Source: an uncultured Chloroflexia bacterium (GTDB lineage: Bacteria; Chloroflexota; Limnocylindria; QHBO01). Taken from it: DNA of 64,000 nt. Below the pieces are notes generated by a model that worked only from the letters and a program-made list of their open reading frames with translations, ran no database searches and was not told the origin of the DNA. Numbering within the stretch: the stretch's first letter is position 1; every line of letters begins with the position of its first letter. The DNA lies in the NCBI GenBank assembly GCA_963825525.1, contig CAWGTN010000001.1, positions 64,001 to 128,000 on the forward strand, read 5' to 3'. Below, in pieces: positions 9,407 through 19,748 of this stretch. The translations under genes were made by a program, and so were the position numbers.

Positions 9407-9485
9407 GGGTTCGACCATGATGCACGAGACGGGGCGGACCGGCGAACCGGCCCGCCCCGCGGGTTTGCTGCGACGAATCGGCGGC

Positions 9486-10428
9486 CTAGTTCAGGCCGTT
9501 GTCGCTCAGCCAGGACTCAGCCACGTCCTCGATCGACTCCTGGTCGACCGCGACTCGCACGCCGAGACTGGTGAGGGTCTCGGTGTCCATGGCCGCACTG
9601 ACCTCGTTGAGGATGTCGGCGAAGCCATCGGGCGCGGATGCCAGCCACTCGCTGCTGACGATCGGCGCGATGTTCTCGGACGGCTGCGTCTGCAGGTCGT
9701 CCTCGAGCACCACGAAGTTGAAGCGCTCGATGTCCGGCTGGGTGCTGCACAGCTCGGCGACGTCGACGACGCCGTCATTCAGGGCAGTGGCCACCGGGGC
9801 ATCGCAGGCACCGTAGGGATCGATCTCGAGATCGGCGAATGTGAATCCGTATTCCTCGAGTGCTCCCGAGCACAGGGCGTTGGTCTCGCACTCCGGCGGG
9901 AGGCCCCACACGAGGTCGCCCACGCCGGCCGCCTCGGCCAGCTCGCTCATCGTGCTCACGCCGAGCTCATCGGCGGTCTCCTGGCGGACGACGAAGGCGT
10001 TCTGGTCCTGGGCCGGTGCGTAGTCGAGCGCCGTGAGGCCGACCTCTTCCAGCGCCGTCTGCAGAGCCGCTGCCGTCTCCTCCGGGTCCCCGGACGCCTC
10101 GCCGCCGAGGAAGGTGACCAGGCTGCCGATGTACTCGGGCTGGAGGTCGAACTCGCCGGCCTCGAACGCCGGCTGGACCGTGTCCCGCGGCCCGATGTTC
10201 GAGCTTGCGCTCGACGGTGTAGCCGTTGGCCTCGAGGGCCTGGGCATAGATCTCGGCCATGAGCTGGGCTTCGTAGAAGCCGGCAGAGCCGATCGTGATC
10301 GACGCGCCCTCGCCTCCGGTGGCCGCTGCGCTCGCCGATGACGAGCTGCCGCCCTCACCCGGCGCGCAGGCGCTGAGAACCAGCGCCAGCATTGCCGCCC
10401 CGAGGGCTAGCTTGCGGTGTATCCGCAT
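9486..10428 (-). pseudogene. Osmoprotectant (glycine betaine/choline) ABC substrate-binding lipoprotein, split by a +1 frameshift near 10197
   Basis: 5' frame MRIHRKLALGAAMLALVLSAC...ITIGSAGFYEAQLMAEIYAQALEANG joins the 3' frame IGPRDTVQPAFEAGEFDLQPEYIGS...LEDD...ENIAP. One extra base in CTCGAACATC. Confidence 0.8.
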
Positions 10429-10481
10429 TGTGGGTATCTCCTCTTTGATTCGATCATGGGGTGCCGACAGCCGCACAGGGG

Positions 10482-10496
10482 GCATCCGGCGTGCCA
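10482..10496 (-). promoter_or_regulatory. Sigma-54 -24/-12 candidate upstream of the substrate-binding gene
   Basis: Minus strand TGGCACGCCGGATGC in the permease/SBP intergenic gap. Confidence 0.5.
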
Positions 10497-10568
10497 AAGT
10501 GTAGAACACCCCGTGTGTCAGCCAGATGACGCCCCTCGGTGTACCTACGCCACCGGCAACGGAAAGGG

Positions 10569-11315
10569 TCAGATTGCGGCGGGCCCGGCGATCGGGATCG
10601 CGTCGTCGGCGCCGGTCGACGTGACCCGGAGGCCGGGCGAGGTTGCGCGCCGCTCGATGGCCGTGAAGGTCAGCTCGGTGGCGATCGAGAGGGCGGCAAC
10701 GATCAACGCTCCCGCAAAGACCTCCTGGTCGGCCTTCTGGGCGATGCCATCGATGATGTAGCGACCGAGTCCGCCGGTTGCCACCACGGCCCCGAGGGTC
10801 GCCGTGGCCACCACCTGCACGGCCGCCGTCCGAACCCCGACCAGGATCACCGGCAGACCCACCGGGATCTCGATACGCCACAGGACCTGGCTGTCGCGCA
10901 TCCCCATGCCACGCCCTGCCTCGACCAGCTGGTCATCGACCTCGCTGATGCCGATGAAGGTGTTCGTCAGGATGGGCGGGATGGCGAGCGCGAACAGGGC
11001 GACCATGGTCGCCACCTCGGAAGCGATCGAGCGCAGGCCGATGGACACGATGAAGCCCTGGAGCAGCATGGCCACGAGGGCCAGGATGGCCAGCGACGGG
11101 ATGGCGCGCCCGACGTTGGCCACGTTGATCGCCAGGTTCGCGAAGCGGCCGGTGTGCCCGATCCAGGCGCCGATCGGGAGCGCGACCAGCACGGCGAGCG
11201 CCAGCGGCACGACCGAGAGGACGAGATGCTCGCCGAGTCGGGTCGGGATGCCATCCGAGCCGGACCAGTTGGCCGGGTCAACCAGCCATCGGACAACGTC
11301 GCCGAAGAACTCCAT
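10569..11315 (-). CDS. Osmoprotectant ABC permease
   Basis: GRAIPSLA, PPILTNT, EAGRGMGM (EAA loop), GGLG motifs. Confidence 0.92.
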   Translation of the reverse strand: MEFFGDVVRWLVDPANWSGSDGIPTRLGEHLVLSVVPLALAVLVALPIGAWIGHTGRFANLAINVANVGRAIPSLAILALVAMLLQGFIVSIGLRSIASEVATMVALFALAIPPILTNTFIGISEVDDQLVEAGRGMGMRDSQVLWRIEIPVGLPVILVGVRTAAVQVVATATLGAVVATGGLGRYIIDGIAQKADQEVFAGALIVAALSIATELTFTAIERRATSPGLRVTSTGADDAIPIAGPAAI

Positions 11316-11318
11316 GGA

Positions 11319-11966
11319 TCAGGTCCCGCCGCGTCGACGGGCCCATGGGGTGAGCGCCGTCTGAAGGGTCACGAACCCACGGTCGGCGATGATCGCGAGC
11401 AGGATGGCCCCGACCGAGCCGACCACCGTGGCGGTCAGGAAGAAGCGCCGATAGCCCACGTCCACGATGAGGTAGCCGAGCCCACCGAGGCCGATCAGGG
11501 CGGTCACCGTCACGAGCCCGATGACCGTCACCGTCGCGACTCGCAAGCCGCCGACGATGACCGGCAGGGCCACCGGAAGCTCGACGCGCCACAGGCGCTG
11601 CCACGGGGTGTAGCCGATGCCTCTTGCCGCCTCGATGACGTCGGGCGGCACGCCGTCGAGCCCGGCCAGGATGTTTCGCAGCAGGATGAGAATCGTGTAG
11701 CTCACCAGCGCAATCTCGGCGGTGAGCGGGTTCTGGATGCCGGTGAACGGCACCAGGATCGCAAAGAGGGCGAGGCTCGGGATCGAGTACAGGATTCCGC
11801 TGATGCCGATGACCGGGCCCTGGAGCCAGCGTTGCTGACGGATGATCAGGGCAAGCCCGAAGCTGATGGCGAACCCGATGATCACGGCCACCACGGTCAG
11901 CAGCACGTGTTCGAAGGTCCGGCGTCCGATCTCGTCCAGCTCACGCACGATCCACGCCCAGTCCAT
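11319..11966 (-). CDS. Osmoprotectant ABC permease
   Basis: YSIPSLALF, EAARGIG, ELPVALPVIVGGLR, GGLG motifs. Confidence 0.92.
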   Translation of the reverse strand: MDWAWIVRELDEIGRRTFEHVLLTVVAVIIGFAISFGLALIIRQQRWLQGPVIGISGILYSIPSLALFAILVPFTGIQNPLTAEIALVSYTILILLRNILAGLDGVPPDVIEAARGIGYTPWQRLWRVELPVALPVIVGGLRVATVTVIGLVTVTALIGLGGLGYLIVDVGYRRFFLTATVVGSVGAILLAIIADRGFVTLQTALTPWARRRGGT

Positions 11967-13141
11967 CAGTCGCTCGCCTCACCCACCGGGTACAGCTTTC
12001 CATCCGCGGCCCGGACCGGCGCACGCAGCCGCTCGCCGATGGCGTCCACGCTGACGAGGCCAAGCACGCGGTCGTGGTCGTCCACCACGACGCCGAGCTG
12101 AACGCTGGAGCCGAGCATCGCCGACAGGGCGTCGCGGAGCGTGGACTCAGGCTGCACGGTCGGTGCGCCCGGTGTCGCCGCCTCCGGATTGATGGGTCCG
12201 CTGCCCTCCAGGTCCCCCTGGTCGATCCAGCCGAGCGGCCGGTCCTGATCGTCCACCAGCAGCGCGTAGTCCAGCTCGTCGGATCGGTCGAGGCGGGCTC
12301 GGATCGCGGCGCGGTCCTCGCCGGCCCGGACCGTCACGGCCTCGATGCGGTCGAGATCCCGCACCCGGCCCAACGAAAGCCGCTTGAGCCCGCGGTCGGC
12401 GCCCACGAATCGCTCGACGAACTCGGATGCCGGCCGCGCCAGGATCGCGGCCGGGGTGTCGTACTGGGCCAGGATCCCACCCTTCTGGAGGATCGCGATG
12501 CGGTCCGCCATCTTGATCGCCTCATCGACGTCATGGGTGACGAACACGATCGTCTTGCGCACCTGCTCCTGGAGCCGGAGGAACTCGTTCTGGAGTCGGT
12601 CGCGCCGGATCGGGTCGACCGCGCCGAATGGCTCATCCATGAGCATGACCGGGGGATCGGCGGCCAGGGCGCGCGCCACGCCGACGCGCTGGCGCTCACC
12701 GCCGGACAGCTCGCTCGGATAGCGATCGGCATACGAGCCGGGCTCGAGTCCGACAAGGCTGAGCAGCTCCGCCACGCGGTCACGGATGCGTGACGGCTTC
12801 CACTTCAGGAGCTTCGGCACAACGGCCACGTTGTCGCCGATGGTGAGGTGGGGGAACAGCCCGACCTGCTGGATGACGTAGCCGATGCGCCGCCGCAGCT
12901 CGACGACCGGCAGGCTCATGACGTCCTCGCCGTCGATCGTGATCCGTCCGCCGGTCGGCTCGATGAGGCGGTTCACCATCTTCATGCTCGTCGTCTTGCC
13001 ACATCCCGATGGGCCGACAAGGACGCAGATCTCGCCGGCCGGAATGGTGAGCGACAGATCGTCGACCGCGGGGCTCGTGCTGCCGGGGTAGCGCTTGGTG
13101 ACATGCTCGAAAGCGACGACGGCGCCGATGGCATCCTGCAT
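11966..13141 (-). CDS. Osmoprotectant ABC ATP-binding protein with CBS domains (OpuCA/OsmV-like)
   Basis: GPSGCGKTT, LSGGERQRVG, LMDEPFGAVDP, FVTHD motifs and a C-terminal CBS pair. Confidence 0.93.
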   Translation of the reverse strand: MQDAIGAVVAFEHVTKRYPGSTSPAVDDLSLTIPAGEICVLVGPSGCGKTTSMKMVNRLIEPTGGRITIDGEDVMSLPVVELRRRIGYVIQQVGLFPHLTIGDNVAVVPKLLKWKPSRIRDRVAELLSLVGLEPGSYADRYPSELSGGERQRVGVARALAADPPVMLMDEPFGAVDPIRRDRLQNEFLRLQEQVRKTIVFVTHDVDEAIKMADRIAILQKGGILAQYDTPAAILARPASEFVERFVGADRGLKRLSLGRVRDLDRIEAVTVRAGEDRAAIRARLDRSDELDYALLVDDQDRPLGWIDQGDLEGSGPINPEAATPGAPTVQPESTLRDALSAMLGSSVQLGVVVDDHDRVLGLVSVDAIGERLRAPVRAADGKLYPVGEASD

Positions 13142-13201
13142 CGCGCCATGATAGGTGCCGACGACGGAGGCGACGCATGGTGGGCGATGGAGGTTGATGG
13201 C

Positions 13202-14428
13202 ATGACGGCAGAGGTCGGCACAGCTCCCGCTCAGGCCGCGCCGCGCACATTCGGGACGGGAGCGATTGCGCTCGGTGTCTCGATCGTGGCGGCCGCGCTC
13301 TATTTCATCACGGTCTCCGAGCGGGTCACCCTGGACAGCTTCGTCCCGCTGGCCGACAGCTTCCTCCACGGTCGCCTTCACATCACCGAGCCGATGCCCT
13401 GGCTCGAGCTCGTTCCTCGCGGGGACGGTGGGTGGTTCTCGCCCTTCCCGGCCATGCCCGCGGTAGTCCTGCTTCCGTTCGTCGCGTTGTTCGGGCCGGG
13501 GTTCGACCAGGGGATCGCCACGGCCCTCTTCGGCGGAGCGAACGCTGGCCTGGTGTGGCTGCTGCTGAGACGGATGAACGTGGCCGTGGCACCCGCCGGC
13601 TGGCTCACCGCGGCCTTTGCTCTCGGCAGCGTTCACTGGTGGGCCGCCGGCACGGGGACGGTCTGGCTCCACGCGCAGGTGGTGGCCGTGTTCTTCGCGC
13701 TCCTCGCCCTCAACCTGGCAGTCGCGCGACGATGGCCGCTTGTTGCGGGCCTGCTCCTCGGCTGCGCCGCCGCGTCCCGGTTGCCCATGGGCCTGACGCT
13801 GCCGGTCTACCTGGCGCTGTACCTGGGCATCGGTCGACAGATGGTCGGCGGCGACTCGGCCCGCATCGGTTGGCGCGACGCCGTGGCATTCCTGGGTGGC
13901 CTCGCCGTGCCGGCGCTGGTCGTCGCGTGGTACAACCTCGCGCGCTTCGGGTCGCCGTTCGAGTTCGGCTACGCGCTGATCCCCGGCGTCCTGGATGAGC
14001 CCTGGTACGCCAACGGGCTGCTCTCGATCGACTACGTCCCGCGTCATCTCCACCTGGTGTTCATGCGCGGCTTCGACTACGTGGACCAGGCGCCGTGGTT
14101 CCGTCCGAACTGGAATGGGACGTCGCTGCTGCTCACCACGCCCATCCTCCTCTGGGCGGTGAAGGCCAGGGCCAGCACGCCGATGCTGGTCGCCGCCTGG
14201 ACCGCGGTGGTGCTCGGGCTCGTCCCGGACTTCCTTCACGGAGCTCCGGGCTTCGCCCAGTTCGGGTATCGGTACATCCTCGACGTCCTGCCGGTGATGC
14301 TCCTCCTGCTCGGATGGGCGTTCCGCGACCGCATCTCCGTGCCTGCCCGCGTGGCCATCGCGATCGGCGTCGTGGCCAACGCGTACGGGGTGTGGGCGGT
14401 GACGGTCCTCGGGTTCGTCAGCTACTGA
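13202..14428 (+). CDS. Polytopic membrane protein, possible GT-C glycosyltransferase
   Basis: About 11 TM segments; LADSFLHGRL, YNLARFGSPFEFGY and QFGYRYILD motifs. GGAGG RBS. Confidence 0.65.
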   Translation: MTAEVGTAPAQAAPRTFGTGAIALGVSIVAAALYFITVSERVTLDSFVPLADSFLHGRLHITEPMPWLELVPRGDGGWFSPFPAMPAVVLLPFVALFGPGFDQGIATALFGGANAGLVWLLLRRMNVAVAPAGWLTAAFALGSVHWWAAGTGTVWLHAQVVAVFFALLALNLAVARRWPLVAGLLLGCAAASRLPMGLTLPVYLALYLGIGRQMVGGDSARIGWRDAVAFLGGLAVPALVVAWYNLARFGSPFEFGYALIPGVLDEPWYANGLLSIDYVPRHLHLVFMRGFDYVDQAPWFRPNWNGTSLLLTTPILLWAVKARASTPMLVAAWTAVVLGLVPDFLHGAPGFAQFGYRYILDVLPVMLLLLGWAFRDRISVPARVAIAIGVVANAYGVWAVTVLGFVSY

Positions 14429-15117
14429 TGCGATCCCTTCGCGCCTCGCCACCCATCCCGGAGCTGCTCGGCATCCTCGTGGTGGTCGCGCTCGCAATCG
14501 GCGTGAGCACGAACGCCACCGACCCGTTCGATCGCTGGGTGATCGGCATCGTGCGCAGCGACGCGCTGGCCGGCATCCTGTCGCCGCTGCGCTGGGTGAC
14601 CGAGCTGGGATCCACCGTCGGCATCACCACGGTTGCGATCGTGACCCTCGTGCTGGGCGTGGCCATCGGGCCATGGCGTCACGGGATTGCGGGTGCGGTC
14701 GTCATCGGCCTCGCCTCCATCGGGAACGCCGAGTTCAAGGCGTTCATGGCGCGCGCGCGCCCTGACGTGCTCGAGCCCGTCCTCATCGAGCGGGGATTCA
14801 GCTTCCCGTCGGGGCACTCGTCGCTGTCGATGACCGCCTACGGGATCCTGGGGGTCCTCATCTCGCGTTCGACGCTTCCGGCGCGCGCGCGGCAGGTGAT
14901 CCTGGTGCTCCTCGGCGCGGTGATCCTGCTGGTCGGCCTGTCCCGGGTGTGGCTCGGGGTGCACTACCCGACCGACGTCGTTGCCGGCTGGGCAGCCGGT
15001 ACGGTGATCGTCCTGCTCTACGCCCGATTCACCCGTTCGGTGTCGCTTGCGCCAATCGGGGAAGGGGTTGACGCGGATCCAGAAGCGCCACGATCCGATC
15101 CACCTGCCCCCGGCTGA
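14428..15117 (+). CDS. PAP2-family phosphatase
   Basis: K...RARP, SFPSGHS, SRVWLGVHYPTDV motifs. TGATG coupling to the upstream gene. Confidence 0.93.
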   Translation: MRSLRASPPIPELLGILVVVALAIGVSTNATDPFDRWVIGIVRSDALAGILSPLRWVTELGSTVGITTVAIVTLVLGVAIGPWRHGIAGAVVIGLASIGNAEFKAFMARARPDVLEPVLIERGFSFPSGHSSLSMTAYGILGVLISRSTLPARARQVILVLLGAVILLVGLSRVWLGVHYPTDVVAGWAAGTVIVLLYARFTRSVSLAPIGEGVDADPEAPRSDPPAPG

Positions 15118-15595
15118 GGCGTGCGTCGCTCGAGACGATGCCGGCTATCCGGTCGAAGGACGACTCGACCACGAGGCCTATCGGCTCGCCGGGCTGCGCC
15201 ACGACGTCCATGTCGTTGGGTGGCGCAAGGATCGGGTCGACCGCCGCCGGCAATCCGGCGCGTTCGAGGTACAGGCTCAGGCGGCGGCCGGCGAGGCGAC
15301 CGGCGGTGATGGGTGCGGCGTCCCATGGCACCCAGGACTCGGTGGCGCGGTTCCACCCATACCAGTGCCCGTTGCGGCGGGTGAACTGTCCGCGGGTCCC
15401 TGCGGTCGTGATGGTCCACGTGCCGCCCGGTCCGACCACGATGCCATCGATCGGCTCGATGCCGCCGGGACCGAGGGAGCGGAACCAGTGGTAATCGTCG
15501 TCCAGGCGACGGCCGAGCGTGGCTGCGGCACGGTCGTTCGCGCCCATCCCAAGGATGCCCAGGCGCCGCGAACGCGAAGCCGGGTGGAGGATCAT
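15029..15595 (-). CDS. NERD-like domain protein with degenerate nuclease motif
   Basis: LDDDYHWF...IDGIVVGPGGTWTITT..G resembles the NERD IDhlvvgpxGvfviEtK pattern but lacks E-x-K. Confidence 0.55.
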   Translation of the reverse strand: MILHPASRSRRLGILGMGANDRAAATLGRRLDDDYHWFRSLGPGGIEPIDGIVVGPGGTWTITTAGTRGQFTRRNGHWYGWNRATESWVPWDAAPITAGRLAGRRLSLYLERAGLPAAVDPILAPPNDMDVVAQPGEPIGLVVESSFDRIAGIVSSDARLSRGQVDRIVALLDPRQPLPRLAQATPNG

Positions 15596-15705
15596 GGCAG
15601 CGTCCAACCTCCTCTCGTGCGGGCATCGGATGGGCACGGTCGAGTGTACCGCGAGGCCCGGCGAAGCGACAGGGGGTGCGCCGCGGACACCGTATGATTC
15701 AGCTC

Positions 15706-16279
15706 ATGGCTGATTCGCACGCCTCGCTTGAGGAGGCCGTCCACACGCTGCTCGTCGAGATCGGGGAGGACCCGACCCGGGAGGGACTCGAACGCACGCC
15801 GGCGCGTGTTCGACGCATGTATGACGAGCTGACGGCGGGGTATCACGTCGACCCTGACGCGTTGATCAATGGCGCGCGTTTCACCGTCGACTATGACGAG
15901 ATGGTCGTGGTTCGCGACATCGAGTTCTTCAGCGCTGTGTGAACACCACCTGCTGCCGTTCATCGGGAAGGCGCACGTCGGGTACCTGCCGAAGGGCCAG
16001 GTCATCGGCCTGTCGAAGATCCCGCGCGTCGTCGACATGTACGCCAAGCGACTGCAGGTGCAGGAGCGACTGACGGTGCAGATCGCCGATTTCCTCATGG
16101 AGCGGCTGGAGCCCAAGGGCGTGGCGTGCGTGATCGAGGCGACCCATCTGTGCACGATGATGCGCGGCGTGAAGAAACAGGAGGCGACGATGGTCACTTC
16201 CAGCATGGTCGGAACGTTCCGTCGCGACGCCAGGACCCGGGCCGAGTTCATGGGGCTCATCGGCAAGGGCGGGGCCTGA
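15706..16279 (+). pseudogene. folE: GTP cyclohydrolase I, split by a +1 frameshift at about 15934
   Basis: GEDPTREGLERTPARV...[11 protein letters not shown], then an extra G (TTC AGC G CTG TGT GAA CAC CAC), then [32 protein letters not shown]. Confidence 0.88.
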
Positions 16280-16282
16280 GCC

Positions 16283-16591
16283 GTGCCGTACGCAGACCCG
16301 CTGACCGATGCCGAGCTGGCGGCCGCCCTCGCGACATTGCCGGACTGGGAACGAGACGGGGCCTCGATCCGGCGCGCCATCCGGTGCGAGGGGTTCACGC
16401 AGGCCGTCGCCCTCGTCAACGCGGTGGCCGAGGCGGCCGAGCAGGCCGGCCACCACCCGGATATCGCGATCACGCGCTACCGGAACGTCACGTTCACCCT
16501 GACGACCCACGCGGCCGGCGCAGTCACCCGACGCGACGTCGAGCTGGCCGCCGAGATCGACCGGCTCGCCGGTAGAATCGGCCCGGCATGA
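16283..16591 (+). CDS. Pterin-4-alpha-carbinolamine dehydratase
   Basis: [10 protein letters not shown] and [15 protein letters not shown] motifs. Confidence 0.92.
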   Translation: MPYADPLTDAELAAALATLPDWERDGASIRRAIRCEGFTQAVALVNAVAEAAEQAGHHPDIAITRYRNVTFTLTTHAAGAVTRRDVELAAEIDRLAGRIGPA

Positions 16592-16992
16592 CCGACACGC
16601 CGATCCGGATCCTCATTGCCAAGCCCGGTCTCGATGGCCACGATCGGGGGGCCAAGGTCCTCGCACGCGGCCTTCGCGACGAGGGCTTCGAGGTCATCTA
16701 CACCGGCCTGCGCCAGACACCGGAGATGATCGCGGATGCGGCGGAGCAGGAGGATGTCGACGTCGTCGGGCTCTCGATCCTGTCCGGCGCCCACATGGCC
16801 CTCCTGCCGCGCACCGTGGAGCTGCTCCGTGAGCGCGGGATGGACGAAGTCCTGGTGGCGGCCGGCGGCATCATCCCCGACGCGGACGTGACGAAGCTCA
16901 AAGCGGCAGGCGTGGCGGAGATCTTCGGGCCAGGAACCTCCATCGGACAGATCGCCCGGTACTTCCGCGAGCACGTCCGCCGCGAGGCGTGA
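16588..16992 (+). CDS. Stand-alone cobalamin-binding subunit of an acyl-CoA mutase
   Basis: [33 protein letters not shown] motifs. Confidence 0.95.
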   Translation: MTDTPIRILIAKPGLDGHDRGAKVLARGLRDEGFEVIYTGLRQTPEMIADAAEQEDVDVVGLSILSGAHMALLPRTVELLRERGMDEVLVAAGGIIPDADVTKLKAAGVAEIFGPGTSIGQIARYFREHVRREA

Positions 16993-17906
16993 GCGAGCTG
17001 GTCTCCGAGCTGGCGTCGGGAGGCCGGCGCCCGCTGGCACGTTTGCTGACCCGGATCGAGAACGGCGACCCCGAGGTCCGTCCACTGCTGCCGGAGCTGT
17101 TCGCCGCGGGAGGTGGGGCGCACGTCATCGGCATCACCGGGCCGCCGGGAAGCGGCAAGTCCACCCTCGTCAACGCGCTGATCGGCGAATGGCGGCGCCG
17201 GGGCCGCCGGGTCGGGATCTTGGCGGTCGATCCCTCCTCGCCATACACGCGCGGCGCCATCCTGGGAGATCGAATCCGGATGATGGAGCACGCGGCCGAC
17301 CGCGACGTCTTCATGCGCTCCATGGCCGCACGCGGTGAGCTGGGCGGCCTGGCGGCAACCACCTGGATCGCCGCTGCGGCCCTGGATGCTGCGGGCTATG
17401 ACCCGGTCCTGATCGAGACGGTGGGTGCCGGGCAGTCCGAGGTGGAAGTCGCTCGTCTCGCCGAGACGACCGTCGTGGTCGAAGTGCCCGAGATGGGGGA
17501 CGAGGTCCAGGCCATCAAGGCGGGCCTGCTCGAGGTGGCCGACATCGTGGCCGTGAACAAGGGCGATCGTCCCGGCGCGGACCGTGCCGCTCGCCAGCTG
17601 CGAGCCATGATGTCAACCGCCGGCGGCCGGGTGGCACGCACGCCACCGGTGATCATGGTGACGACGGCCACGACCGGGGCGGGCGTCTCGGAGCTCGCCG
17701 ATGCCATCGAGGCGCATCGCACGAGTGCTCGGTCACCGGTGGCCGCCCGCGGTCGCGCGGCCAGCCAGGTCCGACGTGCTCTCGCCGACCTCGCGGCGCG
17801 CCGTGCGGAGGCGAGTCCGGCCTGGGAGGCGACCGTCCAGGCCGTGGCGGATCGCGAGCTCGACCCGCTGACTGCTGCCGAGCGCCTGCTCAACGGCGTA
17901 CCCTGA
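16989..17906 (+). CDS. meaB: Methylmalonyl-CoA mutase-associated GTPase
   Basis: [40 protein letters not shown] motifs. Confidence 0.93.
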   Translation: MSELVSELASGGRRPLARLLTRIENGDPEVRPLLPELFAAGGGAHVIGITGPPGSGKSTLVNALIGEWRRRGRRVGILAVDPSSPYTRGAILGDRIRMMEHAADRDVFMRSMAARGELGGLAATTWIAAAALDAAGYDPVLIETVGAGQSEVEVARLAETTVVVEVPEMGDEVQAIKAGLLEVADIVAVNKGDRPGADRAARQLRAMMSTAGGRVARTPPVIMVTTATTGAGVSELADAIEAHRTSARSPVAARGRAASQVRRALADLAARRAEASPAWEATVQAVADRELDPLTAAERLLNGVP

Positions 17907-17910
17907 CCCG

Positions 17911-18834
17911 ATGGACTCACTGCTGCGAGACAACACGCCCGGACCGACGGTCCCGGTGGCACCGATCATCCTCGAAGCGCGTGCGGCACTGGCCGCCGCC
18001 ACGCCCGTCCTTCTCGGCGTGGCCGACGGTGAACCGCTCGAGCGCCGCTGGCCCTGGCGCGGCGACGATCACGGCTCGACCGATGTCCGCTACGGCTTCT
18101 ATCGATGTGCCGAGGCGCTGGATCGGGCGGGGATCGACGCCGAAGCAGCATTGGATGCCGCTGGAGTCGTGCGTCCGGCGTCCTCGAGGATCCTGGCTCG
18201 AGCCACCGTCGCTCGCTGGGAGCTGCACGGCGCGCTCGCGCCGCTGACCGATGACGACCTCGACCGCGACCCGGGGAACGGCGAGTGGACCCTCCGTCAG
18301 ACCCTCGCGCATCTCATCAACGTCCAGCGCGCGTACGCCAGCTACACGGCCTGGTGGCTCGGCCGGCGACACGACCCGGATTTCCCGGCAGAGGTGCCGG
18401 ACGGGATCGGCCCCGACTTCCCCGAAGAGGCGAGCGACGGTGAGGGGACGCTTGCCGCCATTCGTGCCCGCCTCGACGAGGCGATGGATGTCGCGGGCGG
18501 GCGACTCGGAGCCCTTGCCGACGAAGAGCTGCGGGCCAACGCCCGATGGTCGGGGTTCGGCGTCGACGTCGGGTTCCGACTCGGTCGCTGGGCATCGCAC
18601 CTTCGGGAGCACACCATCCAGGTCGACAAGACGCTCGTCATGCTCGACCGCCCGATCCGCGAGGTCGAACGCCTCGTGCGGCACATCCACGCCGCACACG
18701 GTCGCATGGAATCCGTCGTCTTCGCCCTGCTGCCCGAGGCCGTGGAGCCGGCCGGACCGCCCATCGCGGCCGCGGCGCGCGAGTTGACCGAGGCCGCCGG
18801 CGGGGCGAGATCGGCGGCGTCCAGGGGCGGCTGA
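17911..18834 (+). CDS. DinB-family protein
   Basis: GEWTLRQTLAHL and HLREHTIQV motifs. Confidence 0.75.
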   Translation: MDSLLRDNTPGPTVPVAPIILEARAALAAATPVLLGVADGEPLERRWPWRGDDHGSTDVRYGFYRCAEALDRAGIDAEAALDAAGVVRPASSRILARATVARWELHGALAPLTDDDLDRDPGNGEWTLRQTLAHLINVQRAYASYTAWWLGRRHDPDFPAEVPDGIGPDFPEEASDGEGTLAAIRARLDEAMDVAGGRLGALADEELRANARWSGFGVDVGFRLGRWASHLREHTIQVDKTLVMLDRPIREVERLVRHIHAAHGRMESVVFALLPEAVEPAGPPIAAAARELTEAAGGARSAASRGG

Positions 18835-18875
18835 TGCAATCGAATCCAAACCCGCGCTGGTAGGCTCTCGTATCC

Positions 18876-19748
18876 ATGAACATTGAACGCATCTACGTCA
18901 TCGGCGCCGGGCTGATGGGTCACGGCATCGCGCAGGTCAGTGCCGCCGCGGGCAAGCAGGTCACCCTGGCGGACCGCACCGGCGAGCTGGCCGACAAGGG
19001 GAAGGATCGGATCGCAGCCAACCTGGCACGGCAGGTCGACAAGGGGAAGCTGGAGCGGTCAGCCGCCGACGAGATCCTGTCGCGGGTGACCAGTGCCGAG
19101 GGGACGGAGGGTGCCGCCGGCCACGGGATCGTGATCGAGGCCGTCTTCGAGGACGAGGCGGTGAAGCGACAGACCTGGGAAGGCCTCACCCGCAGCGCCG
19201 ATGCCGACGCGATCTTCGCCAGCAACACGAGCAGCATCAGCATCACCGGGCTCGCCACGGCGACCGATCGGGCGGCGAAGTTCATCGGCCTCCACTTCTT
19301 CAGCCCGGTGCCGGTGATGGGCCTGATCGAGATCATCCGCGGCCTCGAGACCGACGACGCGACCTACGCGGCGTGCAAGGCGTTCGCGGAAGAGCTCGGC
19401 AAGACGGTGATCGAGTCGAAGGATTACCCGGGCTTCCTCGTCAACCGCATGCTGGGCCCGTTCATCAACGAGGCGGTGTTCGCGCTGATGGAATCAACCG
19501 GCAGCGCCGAGGACATCGACACCGGTGCGAAGCTGGGGCTCAACCACCCGATGGGACCGCTCGAGCTGAGCGATTTCATCGGCAACGATGTGATGCTGAA
19601 CGTGATGGACGTCCTGTACCGGGGCTTCGGAGATCCCAAGTTCCGCGCCGCACCGCTCCTGCGCCAGATGGTCACGGCCGGACACCTCGGCCGAAAGACC
19701 GGTCGCGGGTTCTACCAGTACGACGAATCGGGCAAGAGGGCACGCTGA
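18876..19748 (+). CDS. hbd: 3-hydroxybutyryl-CoA dehydrogenase
   Basis: GAGLMGHGIA, ASNTSS, GLHFFSPVP, PGFLVNR, HPMGPL, GRKTGRGFY motifs. Confidence 0.93.
   Translation: MNIERIYVIGAGLMGHGIAQVSAAAGKQVTLADRTGELADKGKDRIAANLARQVDKGKLERSAADEILSRVTSAEGTEGAAGHGIVIEAVFEDEAVKRQTWEGLTRSADADAIFASNTSSISITGLATATDRAAKFIGLHFFSPVPVMGLIEIIRGLETDDATYAACKAFAEELGKTVIESKDYPGFLVNRMLGPFINEAVFALMESTGSAEDIDTGAKLGLNHPMGPLELSDFIGNDVMLNVMDVLYRGFGDPKFRAAPLLRQMVTAGHLGRKTGRGFYQYDESGKRAR

Noticed and set aside
13142-14497. Long N-terminal extension of the ABC ATPase (843-aa ORF)
   Set aside because: It overlaps the plus-strand membrane protein gene; the ATPase domain and a -10 box define the start at 13141.
15925-15945. 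Programmed ribosomal frameshift in folE
   Set aside because: No slippery heptamer or homopolymer, and the upstream product would be non-functional.
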